Assembly (NCBI GenBank): GCA_030583785.1
Contig: CP129475.1
Location: forward strand, 287,559-351,558
DNA from: Candidatus Dojkabacteria bacterium
GTDB taxonomy: Bacteria; Patescibacteriota; Dojkabacteria; B142; OLB20
Direction of reading: 5' to 3'
DNA: 64,000 nt
Position 1 is the stretch's first letter. Every line of letters starts with the position of its first letter. Below the pieces are notes generated by a model. It saw only the letters and a list, made by a program, of their open reading frames with translations. It was not told where the DNA came from and did not search any database. The translations under genes were made by a program, and so were the position numbers. Below, in pieces: positions 20,142 through 28,134 of the stretch.

Positions 20142-21038
20142 ATGAACAGCATTATTGAAATCTCAAATTTCTCGAAATCCTTTGGCAAACAAAAAGCTGT
20201 TTCTGATCTTAGCTTTGAAGTCGGTAAGGGAGAGATATTCGCATTTCTAGGTACTAACGGCTCTGGTAAAACAACTACTATTCGCTGTCTTCTTAGCATT
20301 TACCAACCAGACAAAGGTGAAATGCTTATCTATGGGCAAAAGTATAATTTTGAACTTAGCAAAAACATTGGTTACCTTCCAGAAGAGCGGGGAATATATA
20401 CACGGGTCGGTGTTATGGAATTGTTTATGTATTTTGGCAGCTTACGAGGTATCCCTCAAAAAGAAACGAAAGATAATGCACTTAATTATCTAGAAAGGGT
20501 TGGACTCATAGAACATAAAGATAAACAAATATCGCAGCTAAGTTCTGGAATGCAACAAAAGGTTCAGCTCGGACTGGCACTTCAACACAGCCCTCAGCTG
20601 TTAATACTTGACGAGCCTTTCAAAGGACTTGACCCGATCAACAGACAATTATTTATTGACCTGTTTCGAGAACTGCGCCAACAGGGAACAACAATTCTTT
20701 ATAGCACTCATGTTATCGATGAAGCACAAAAATTAACTGACAGATTAGTAATTATTGATAAAGGAAAAAGCAAAGCCTATGGTTCAACCAAAGAAGTGCG
20801 TAAATCTCAAGGTAGCGAGAATATGCACCTCAGTTTTATTGGAGAACTACCTAAGAATCCCAAATTATTCAAATCTACTCAAACCAACAGGACTGCCGAA
20901 CTTATTCCGGTTAAAGGAGTAAAACCGACCACAATCTTAAAGTATCTAATCGACAATAACCTAGAAATAATAAACTATTCACTTGATTATCCAAGTCTTA
21001 ACGAAGTATTTATTTCTCTCACAAATAGCAATGAATAA
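20142..21038 (+). CDS. ABC transporter ATP-binding protein (ABC-2 family)
   Basis: Walker A GTNGSGKTT, signature LSSGMQQKVQLGLAL, Walker B LILDEPFKGLD. Confidence 0.85.
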   Translation: MNSIIEISNFSKSFGKQKAVSDLSFEVGKGEIFAFLGTNGSGKTTTIRCLLSIYQPDKGEMLIYGQKYNFELSKNIGYLPEERGIYTRVGVMELFMYFGSLRGIPQKETKDNALNYLERVGLIEHKDKQISQLSSGMQQKVQLGLALQHSPQLLILDEPFKGLDPINRQLFIDLFRELRQQGTTILYSTHVIDEAQKLTDRLVIIDKGKSKAYGSTKEVRKSQGSENMHLSFIGELPKNPKLFKSTQTNRTAELIPVKGVKPTTILKYLIDNNLEIINYSLDYPSLNEVFISLTNSNE

Positions 21039-22251
21039 GCTTTTTGTCGTTGCAAAATATGAGTATTTAAAAACCATTAAGCGCAAAGCTTTCTGGTTCG
21101 CGACTCTATTTACGCCGGTACTCATCGGGCTACTAATGGTTATTTCGACCATAAGTAGCATTGAGGGATCAAAAAAACTCGAAGAGCTTAACGAAGAGAT
21201 TAACCAAATAACAGTTGTCGACGAAGCAACTATCATAAATGAGAATCTTTATAACGAAATACTAGATTCCGAACAAAATCTAGATGCAGCACTTGATAGA
21301 CTGCAGAAAAATGAAACTGATATAGTACTGTATTTTCCAGATAATATTCTAGAAACAAATAGCTACAAAATATTTACCAACAACGATGAACTGTTTCAAA
21401 CACTAGGCTATTCAACCTATGGCAGCAGTTTAATTAATCAAAGTGCCTTAATAACAGTCAACGATCCACAACTCATCTCTTTGCTAACGCAAAACTTTGA
21501 ACCCGAAACAATTGTCGTTAGAGATAATGGAGTCCAAGATAACATCGGTCTTGAAAGGCTAATCATACCTGGATTTTCTATGCTGATCTTCTTTCTGAGT
21601 GTCTTTATATCCGGACAATACATGCTACAGAGCGTCGCCGAAGAAAAAGAGAATAGAATGATTGAAAACCTTCTTTCAATTGTCAGTGCAAGATCGCTTA
21701 TTTTCGGTAAGTTGCTTGGACTTAGCGGAGCAGTATTTACTCAACTAGCACTCTGGGCATCACTTAGTATCTTATTCTTAGCAATCGGAAATTCAGAATC
21801 AATCAGTTCAGCTATCAGCATAAGTTCACTTCCTTGGCAAACAGTTCCTATCAATCTTGTCTTTATTCTTCTAGGGTTTCTCTTCTTTGCCGCTGTCATG
21901 ACAGGAGTCGGAGGAGTCGGGACAAGCTACAAAGACAGCCAGAGTTTGTCATCAATATTCGTAATTCTTTCCGTACTTCCAATCTACTTTATTACCATCT
22001 TAATTAGTGATCCGAATGGAGTTGTCGCACAAATCGCAAGCTACTTTCCGTTTACATCAGCCATGATGTTTGTACTTAGAAATTCGATCAGTGAACTATC
22101 CGCTTTGGAAATTCTAGTAGGAGTCACGATCAATATTATATATGTGCTGATTGCCGGAGTACTTGCAGAAAAACTATTCAAACTCGGTGCAATTATGTAT
22201 AACCGCAAACCAAAAATTGGGGAAATTCTTCATGTATTAAAAAGCAACTAA
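21031..22251 (+). CDS. ABC-2 family transporter permease
   Basis: Six predicted TMs with a large N-terminal extracytoplasmic loop. The likely start is the ATG at 21031 (MNKLFVV...), not the track's upstream 20983. Confidence 0.6.
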   Translation: MNKLFVVAKYEYLKTIKRKAFWFATLFTPVLIGLLMVISTISSIEGSKKLEELNEEINQITVVDEATIINENLYNEILDSEQNLDAALDRLQKNETDIVLYFPDNILETNSYKIFTNNDELFQTLGYSTYGSSLINQSALITVNDPQLISLLTQNFEPETIVVRDNGVQDNIGLERLIIPGFSMLIFFLSVFISGQYMLQSVAEEKENRMIENLLSIVSARSLIFGKLLGLSGAVFTQLALWASLSILFLAIGNSESISSAISISSLPWQTVPINLVFILLGFLFFAAVMTGVGGVGTSYKDSQSLSSIFVILSVLPIYFITILISDPNGVVAQIASYFPFTSAMMFVLRNSISELSALEILVGVTINIIYVLIAGVLAEKLFKLGAIMYNRKPKIGEILHVLKSN

Positions 22252-22260
22252 ATAAGTTGC

Positions 22261-24375
22261 CTAAACAAAAATTTTTATATCAGCCGCATAAATTCCATCA
22301 GGACTAATAAAAAGAGGATTGATGTCGAGTTGTTGAATATTCGAGTTTTCTTTTACAAGCTTAGACAGCGAAAGCAGTATCTCTATTGTTGTATCTATGT
22401 CGTATTTCTTACCTCTATAACCTTCAATGATCCTACCGATTTTTGTAGATGTAATTAAATCTTTAGCAATTTTTCTATTGATAGGTAAGATTCTGAGAGC
22501 TGCATCCTTATATAGTTCCGCATAAATTCCACCTGCTCCAAAAAGAAGTATGTGGCCGAATCCATGTCCTTTAAGGTATTTCTTTCCCTTTATTGTCTTA
22601 GTAATCCCGCCATCATTTTTTACTCCAATTATCACTTCTAATTTATCGGCAATAAAAGGTTGAACTTCATAGAGCGTTCCATCTAGTCGATTAGAGTCAA
22701 TAATACCTTGTAACTGTCTAACTTGCGCTTCAAGTTCGTAATCATTTTTTATATTCAATCTAACAGCTTTTAGCTCTGTTTTATGGATAAGCGCCGCATG
22801 TGATAGTTTAACTACCAACGGATAAGGCAAATTTTTAGAGTCCAAGAGCAATTCCTTTTTAGAATTATAAAAACGACTTTCTAAAATCGGAATTCCATAA
22901 TCCTTAAATAATTGCTGACTTACAGACAGAGGAATCATTCCTTGAGGATCTTCGCTAACTAAGTTTGGATTAATTTTTGTTAAATTATTTTTTTTGATAT
23001 TTACTTTGTCGATTTTCTTATGTTTTGTCCAATTGTAAACTTTGCCTAAAGCCTCAGCGGCATCGTTGGGAAAAGCAAAATGGGGTATCTCAGCCTTATT
23101 TAGAAAATCAACTGCTTCTTTGATGCTTTCTCCTCCTAGAAATGTGGCAACTACAGTCTTTTTATTTTTATCGGCAATCTCGTTGATATATTTAGCCGTC
23201 AAGAGGGACTCCGTAACTCGTTGAGGAGTCAGAACTACGACAATATTATCAATTTCTTTATCTTTAGCTACAATCTCTAGAACACTTCTATATCTTTCTG
23301 CTAATGCATCACCAAGTAAATCAACAGGGTTTTGCGTGCTCGCTTCTTCTGGAAGGATCCTTTCTAGTTTCTTCTGCAAAGCAGTTGAGAAGGGGACAAC
23401 ATTTAGTCCGTTATTTACCAAATCATCAACAGTCTGAATCCCAACACCACCTGCATTTGTTATTACTGCAGTATTCTTACCAGATGGCAGTGGCTGCCAG
23501 GATATAAGCTTAGTAATATTAAAAAGACTTTCAATTGTCTTGACTCTAATACATCCAGAATCATTTAGTGCTTGATCAATAATTAAGTCATCACCGGCTA
23601 TTGATCCTGTATGCGAGGCCATGGCTTTCTTCGCACCTTCGCTTATTCCGGGCTTAAGGATAATAATTGGCTTAATACCTTTTAGCTTGTTGGCTTGTCG
23701 GATAAATTCTCTTCCATCTCGAAAATCTTCGAGGTACATTAAAATCGTACTGACATTACTATCATTGGAAAATTCTTCGAGTAGCGTATTCTCGTTGATA
23801 CTTATCTTATTACCGATAGAGACAAAGTAGCCAAGCCCGATTCCGTTTCTGGCAGACCAATCTAAAAATGCCGTTCCCATTGCACCAGATTGCGAAACAT
23901 AGGCAATGCTACCTTTTTTGGCTGGAGTTTGGGTGAATGTAGCATCGATCGGTAAATGAGTGTTTATAAATCCTAGACAATTAGGTCCCGTCACCTTAAT
24001 ACCGAATCTATTAGCTGCTTGCTTAACTTCTTCTTCGAGAGCAAACCCAGCATCTCCAATTTCGGCAAATCCGGCGCTAATAATCACAGCATGTTTTACA
24101 CCTTTCATGCCGCAATCATTAACTGCCTCAAGTACAAATCTTGCAGGAATAGCAATTATGGCCAGATCAACTTTTTCTGAAATATCTAGAACGCTTTTAT
24201 AACTCCTTAGTCCAAGAATCTTATTTGCATTTGGATTTACCGGAAACAATCTCCCCTTATACCCAGAGTTGATGATATTTTGAAGAATGACAGTACCAAT
24301 TTTTTCGTTATCTCTTGACGCTCCTATAACAGCAACTGCTGAAGGAGAGTAGAGATTTGACTTTGATTGGGGCAT
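22261..24375 (-). CDS. ADP-forming acetyl-CoA synthetase (NDP-forming acyl-CoA synthetase), fused alpha/beta
   Basis: N-terminal CoA-binding domain (AVIGASRDNEKIGTVILQN...), succinyl-CoA-synthetase-like flavodoxin and ligase-CoA domains, C-terminal ATP-grasp. 704 aa. Confidence 0.75.
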   Translation of the reverse strand: MPQSKSNLYSPSAVAVIGASRDNEKIGTVILQNIINSGYKGRLFPVNPNANKILGLRSYKSVLDISEKVDLAIIAIPARFVLEAVNDCGMKGVKHAVIISAGFAEIGDAGFALEEEVKQAANRFGIKVTGPNCLGFINTHLPIDATFTQTPAKKGSIAYVSQSGAMGTAFLDWSARNGIGLGYFVSIGNKISINENTLLEEFSNDSNVSTILMYLEDFRDGREFIRQANKLKGIKPIIILKPGISEGAKKAMASHTGSIAGDDLIIDQALNDSGCIRVKTIESLFNITKLISWQPLPSGKNTAVITNAGGVGIQTVDDLVNNGLNVVPFSTALQKKLERILPEEASTQNPVDLLGDALAERYRSVLEIVAKDKEIDNIVVVLTPQRVTESLLTAKYINEIADKNKKTVVATFLGGESIKEAVDFLNKAEIPHFAFPNDAAEALGKVYNWTKHKKIDKVNIKKNNLTKINPNLVSEDPQGMIPLSVSQQLFKDYGIPILESRFYNSKKELLLDSKNLPYPLVVKLSHAALIHKTELKAVRLNIKNDYELEAQVRQLQGIIDSNRLDGTLYEVQPFIADKLEVIIGVKNDGGITKTIKGKKYLKGHGFGHILLFGAGGIYAELYKDAALRILPINRKIAKDLITSTKIGRIIEGYRGKKYDIDTTIEILLSLSKLVKENSNIQQLDINPLFISPDGIYAADIKIFV

Positions 24376-25127
24376 TAATTATTCATTCGCAAGGAATTAA
24401 TAATAGCTGCTGAAATGCTGTTTACCTTGCCAGTGATATAAACAAAATAATCTGCATCTGCTGTAGCTGATGTTGTAAATTGGACAACTGCATTATCTGC
24501 AATCACGCACATCTCTTTACCCATGGCATCAAAAGAACATGTGGCAGGATAATACTGACTAAGTACCACTTCGTTGCCAGACAAGTAGCCTACGATGGGC
24601 CTTCTGATTACCTGTTGCAAGGGGATATAGTTTGAACTTGTTGATACTACAACTGCCGTATTACTTCCGTTTTCTGCAAGCACGATCGTATAGCAATCGT
24701 CAGTTTGTCCGGAAGCACATTCTTTTGTACCCGAAACCGAAACATTCCATTTTTCAGGGTGTCTGAAAGTTATCTGATACTGTTCGTCTTTAAATACTGT
24801 CCAACCCGAGGTATCGACTGCAAGAATATCTTCTAGGCTTGGATAATTGGAATTGGAATCGAGCTTATCAACCGGTTGGTCAAAGTATCTTTGAAGACTA
24901 TCAAGGACATTTGCTTTGAGCGAGAAACTGCTGTGCAGATCCTGAAAACCAACAAAAGATTGAACACTAACCATAACTGCAGTTAATGTAAAACCTGCAA
25001 TAATTCCAAATAAAATGCTTCTTGTATGAAGGATAGGGTTATAAACAGATATTTTCTTTTTCATAAGTTTATTTATCTTGAGTATTTTCTTCTTGCAAGA
25101 GCAATAATGTTTTATAGCTATATTCAT
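24375..25127 (-). CDS. Membrane-anchored hypothetical protein
   Basis: N-terminal signal-anchor. An alternative start at the internal MKKKISVYNP (about 25064) is plausible. No recognisable domain. Confidence 0.4.
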   Translation of the reverse strand: MNIAIKHYCSCKKKILKINKLMKKKISVYNPILHTRSILFGIIAGFTLTAVMVSVQSFVGFQDLHSSFSLKANVLDSLQRYFDQPVDKLDSNSNYPSLEDILAVDTSGWTVFKDEQYQITFRHPEKWNVSVSGTKECASGQTDDCYTIVLAENGSNTAVVVSTSSNYIPLQQVIRRPIVGYLSGNEVVLSQYYPATCSFDAMGKEMCVIADNAVVQFTTSATADADYFVYITGKVNSISAAIINSLRMNN

Positions 25128-25329
25128 TTAGCTGTTGCAAAGAGTTGAATATGAGAACACTTACAAAAAGTGAAGCAACTACCATCCCAATTACTAACCC
25201 CAGAAAAAACTGCTCTGGTATGATAATTGGTAAATCTTGAAGTGCTGTATTTTTATCTTGGTTTTTCACAGGATTAGATTGCTATACATACAGCATAACT
25301 CATTACCAGGAAGATGAGAAGATTATTAA

Positions 25330-25881
25330 CTAGGATTTCCAGATTATCTCGTCGCAATCACTAAGCTTATTGGTATAGCGAGCAAGGGCGAATAGCCAGT
25401 CAGACAAACGATTGAGATAAGAACTTATGACTTCAGGATTAGACAGCGAGTCGATTTTATCTGCATAAACTAGTCGTTCTGCCCTTCGACAAACCGACCG
25501 AGCAATAAATAATTTTGCTGACACTTTTGATCCACCGGGGAGAATAAAGTTCTTTAGCTCAGGAGTATTTTCAACCCAATTATCAATTTCTTTTTCAAGC
25601 TCCTGGACTTTAGATTTTTTCAGTTGAGGAATCTTGTCATAGTATTTTGATTCTTTGGGAGTGGCAACCATGGAACCTAAAACAAAAAGGTCTGCTTGCA
25701 CCCTTAGCAGAACTTCCTTAATATCCTGATAATCCTTAACTAGTAATAAAATTTCTCCCAGATGTGCATTGAGTTCATCAATAGTTCCTATCAAATCAAA
25801 TAACGGATGGGACTTGGGTAGCCTTTCTCCTCCAAACAGTCCACTCGTGCCTTTATCTCCTGTTTTTGTATAAAGTTTCAT
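25330..25881 (-). CDS. ATP:cob(I)alamin adenosyltransferase, PduO type
   Basis: N-terminal MKLYTKTGDKGTSGLFGGERLPKSHPLFDLIGTIDELNAHLG is the characteristic PduO/MMAB start. Confidence 0.75.
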   Translation of the reverse strand: MKLYTKTGDKGTSGLFGGERLPKSHPLFDLIGTIDELNAHLGEILLLVKDYQDIKEVLLRVQADLFVLGSMVATPKESKYYDKIPQLKKSKVQELEKEIDNWVENTPELKNFILPGGSKVSAKLFIARSVCRRAERLVYADKIDSLSNPEVISSYLNRLSDWLFALARYTNKLSDCDEIIWKS

Positions 25882-25891
25882 ATTTTTTTGC

Positions 25892-26848
25892 TTATGAAGT
25901 TTTTGCAGTCAGAAATTCTAGCTTATCTGCTAGTTGTTGTATGGAATTATCATCAATAATACTGGTAATGACAATTTCCTTTTTTAAAGATTTCAATGAA
26001 TTTAATGCTCTCTGAATATCGTCTGCACTGACTTCGTCTGCTTTTGTTAGCACTATTAATTCTGTTTTTTTATTCAATTCCGGATTAATCTTAAGAACTT
26101 CTTTAGATATTTTTTTATAGTCCTGCAAGACATCTTCTGAAGTAAGACTAATACAATGCATCAATACTTTAGCGTTATTGATATGCTTAGTATACTTCCT
26201 GCCAAGCCCCTTACCTTCGGCACTTCCCTCAATTAGACCCGGAAGATCAAGCATAAGTAGCTTACGCACAACTCCAAAATTAGGTTGCAGAGTTGTAAAT
26301 GGGTAATCTGCAACTTTAGCTTGTGATTGAGTGAGAATATTTAAGATGCTTGTTTTACCAGCGTTTGGTAAGCCTATCAGTATAATATCAGATATTATTT
26401 GTAGACTTAAGAAAGCTTTAAGATCTTCTCCTTTCTTTCCTGAAGTGCTCATGCGCAGTGTCTTGCGTTGGCCTCGGCGAAAAACGAAATTGCCAAGTCC
26501 GCCTATTCCTCCTTTACACAATTTAAGCAACTGACCATTTTCTTGTACTTTGCCGAGAAGATTTCCGTCCAGGTCAAAAACTTCTGTTACTAACGGAACC
26601 TTAACGATCAAATCCTTGCCGTTTTTTCCATAGCTTCTTTCTGCTCCTCCGGGCAGTCCATCACCTGCACTATAAAGTTTATCTTTATCAAATTTACTTA
26701 AATCAAGCAGCTGATTTTCCCCAAGTAGATAAACATCTCCACCACTTCCTCCGTTTCCACCTGAGGGTTTTTTATCACGACCGAATGTGACAGCACCATT
26801 GCCGCCATTACCAGCTTTAAAATCGACACGGACTTTATCAATGAACAT
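25892..26848 (-). CDS. obg: GTPase Obg/CgtA
   Basis: Gly-rich Obg fold (GNGGNGAVTFGR, GGNGGSGGDV) plus G domain (GLPNAGKTSILN, DLPGLIEG, TKAD). Confidence 0.9.
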   Translation of the reverse strand: MFIDKVRVDFKAGNGGNGAVTFGRDKKPSGGNGGSGGDVYLLGENQLLDLSKFDKDKLYSAGDGLPGGAERSYGKNGKDLIVKVPLVTEVFDLDGNLLGKVQENGQLLKLCKGGIGGLGNFVFRRGQRKTLRMSTSGKKGEDLKAFLSLQIISDIILIGLPNAGKTSILNILTQSQAKVADYPFTTLQPNFGVVRKLLMLDLPGLIEGSAEGKGLGRKYTKHINNAKVLMHCISLTSEDVLQDYKKISKEVLKINPELNKKTELIVLTKADEVSADDIQRALNSLKSLKKEIVITSIIDDNSIQQLADKLEFLTAKTS

Positions 26849-26865
26849 GTTGTATTAGTTTTTAA

Positions 26866-28062
26866 TCAAAAGGGGAGGCTTCCTCCGGAGGCAAGTAAAA
26901 CACCTGCCAGAAAGAGAATTATACCAACAACAAGCACCAATCCAATAATTAGTACCAGATTTTTATTACCTGAAGGTGTTGGTACTGGAGCTGGATCAGG
27001 AATTGGGGGCAAACTATCTACAATATTTAAGTTTTTATTTTCAACAGGTGAAGCCATTTCTTGAACCATTTGTGGTGCTTCTGGCATATTACCCATAGGA
27101 GATTCGACTTGTGGAAGGCCCTCTCTGGCAAGCAACGCTTCTGATCCCAGTGTCGGAGCTTCAAATGTCGTCACAGGCTGTTCCATTGCTGGTGGTTGTT
27201 GCATTTCTTGCTCCTGTTGCATTACAGATGCTTGTGGCATTTCTGTAGTTGGTACAACTGGAGAAACTGCTGGAGTCTCTTGGGTTAAGAAATCGAAATC
27301 TTGGCTTAAAATTGGTGAATCAGGTTGAGAGCTGGTATCAGAAACAGCCGGTGTTGCTGGTGGAGTCTGAATTGGATCGACAGGAGTTGTAGCCGTTGTA
27401 AACACACTTGCTGACTGGACTGATTCAGTTGGCATACTAGATTCCGCGGTCATTACAGTATTTGTCGGCATAGCAGTATCCATAGGCATAGCAGCAGTAT
27501 CTGCAGACATAGCTGGTTCAATGGGCAAAACTGGTTCAATTTTTGTTTCGACTGGCATTGCAGTAGAAGTATCTGCAGGTATAGCTGGTTCAACAGATAA
27601 AGCCAATTCTTCTACGGACGAACCCGTAAGAGAGGATGGCATCTGCATATCATTTGTTGGAAGTTCATTAACAACAGGTTCAGGTGTTACCGGAACCGCG
27701 GCAGAAACATCTACTGGTAAAGATACAGCAGGTGTATTAACACCAGCCTGCATAGGCTGATCAAAATCTGGTCCAGGTGTCTCAATCACTCCTGAACTTA
27801 CAGGCGCTACCGGTTCATCTTCTATTACAGCTTTTACAGGAGTATCAGTTATTAATGGCGGATTACTATTTGGCATACTTTGATCTACAGGTGATTGTGC
27901 TGGAGCTGGAGTAGTTGGAACAACAGTATTACTAGGTTGACCTGTTAATGGTGTCGCTGGGTTTTGTGGTGACATTGGATTAAATTGATTATCATTTGTT
28001 GTTGCCATAGCTCTTTGATTACAAATATTAATTTCAGTTTTGCACAGCACAAAAAAAAACAC
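26866..28062 (-). CDS. Pro/Thr/Ser-rich low-complexity protein with a single C-terminal TM (tail-anchored), hypothetical
   Basis: No N-terminal signal peptide. Long P/T/M-rich repetitive region. C-terminal LVLIIGLVLVVGIILFLAGVLLASG helix. The true start may be the internal MATTNDNQ. Confidence 0.5.
   Translation of the reverse strand: MFFFVLCKTEINICNQRAMATTNDNQFNPMSPQNPATPLTGQPSNTVVPTTPAPAQSPVDQSMPNSNPPLITDTPVKAVIEDEPVAPVSSGVIETPGPDFDQPMQAGVNTPAVSLPVDVSAAVPVTPEPVVNELPTNDMQMPSSLTGSSVEELALSVEPAIPADTSTAMPVETKIEPVLPIEPAMSADTAAMPMDTAMPTNTVMTAESSMPTESVQSASVFTTATTPVDPIQTPPATPAVSDTSSQPDSPILSQDFDFLTQETPAVSPVVPTTEMPQASVMQQEQEMQQPPAMEQPVTTFEAPTLGSEALLAREGLPQVESPMGNMPEAPQMVQEMASPVENKNLNIVDSLPPIPDPAPVPTPSGNKNLVLIIGLVLVVGIILFLAGVLLASGGSLPF
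27490..27620. repeat. Imperfect tandem duplication of about 61 nt inside the Pro/Thr-rich gene
   Basis: gcagtatctgcagacatagctggttcaa (27514-27541) recurs as gaagtatctgcaggtatagctggttcaa (27575-27602). It encodes repeated MPxDTA-like peptide units. Confidence 0.4.
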
Positions 28063-28104
28063 AAATAATCAAGCTTTGTCTTTCATTCCAATCAAGACAA
28101 TAAA

Positions 28105-28113
28105 TGTTATAAT
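28105..28113 (+). promoter_or_regulatory. Candidate extended -10 promoter (TGtTATAAT) for the giant-protein operon
   Basis: Perfect TATAAT at 28108-28113 preceded by TGn, 21 nt upstream of the ATG at 28135. Sits in a 72-nt divergent intergenic region. Confidence 0.35.
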
Positions 28114-28134
28114 CTACAAAGATTTGCACAATCA

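Noticed and set aside
20983-21030. Upstream extension of the ABC-2 permease ORF (track start 20983)
   Set aside because: It would overlap the ATPase gene by 56 nt. The ATG at 21031 gives a typical short N-terminus and an 8-nt overlap, which is preferred.
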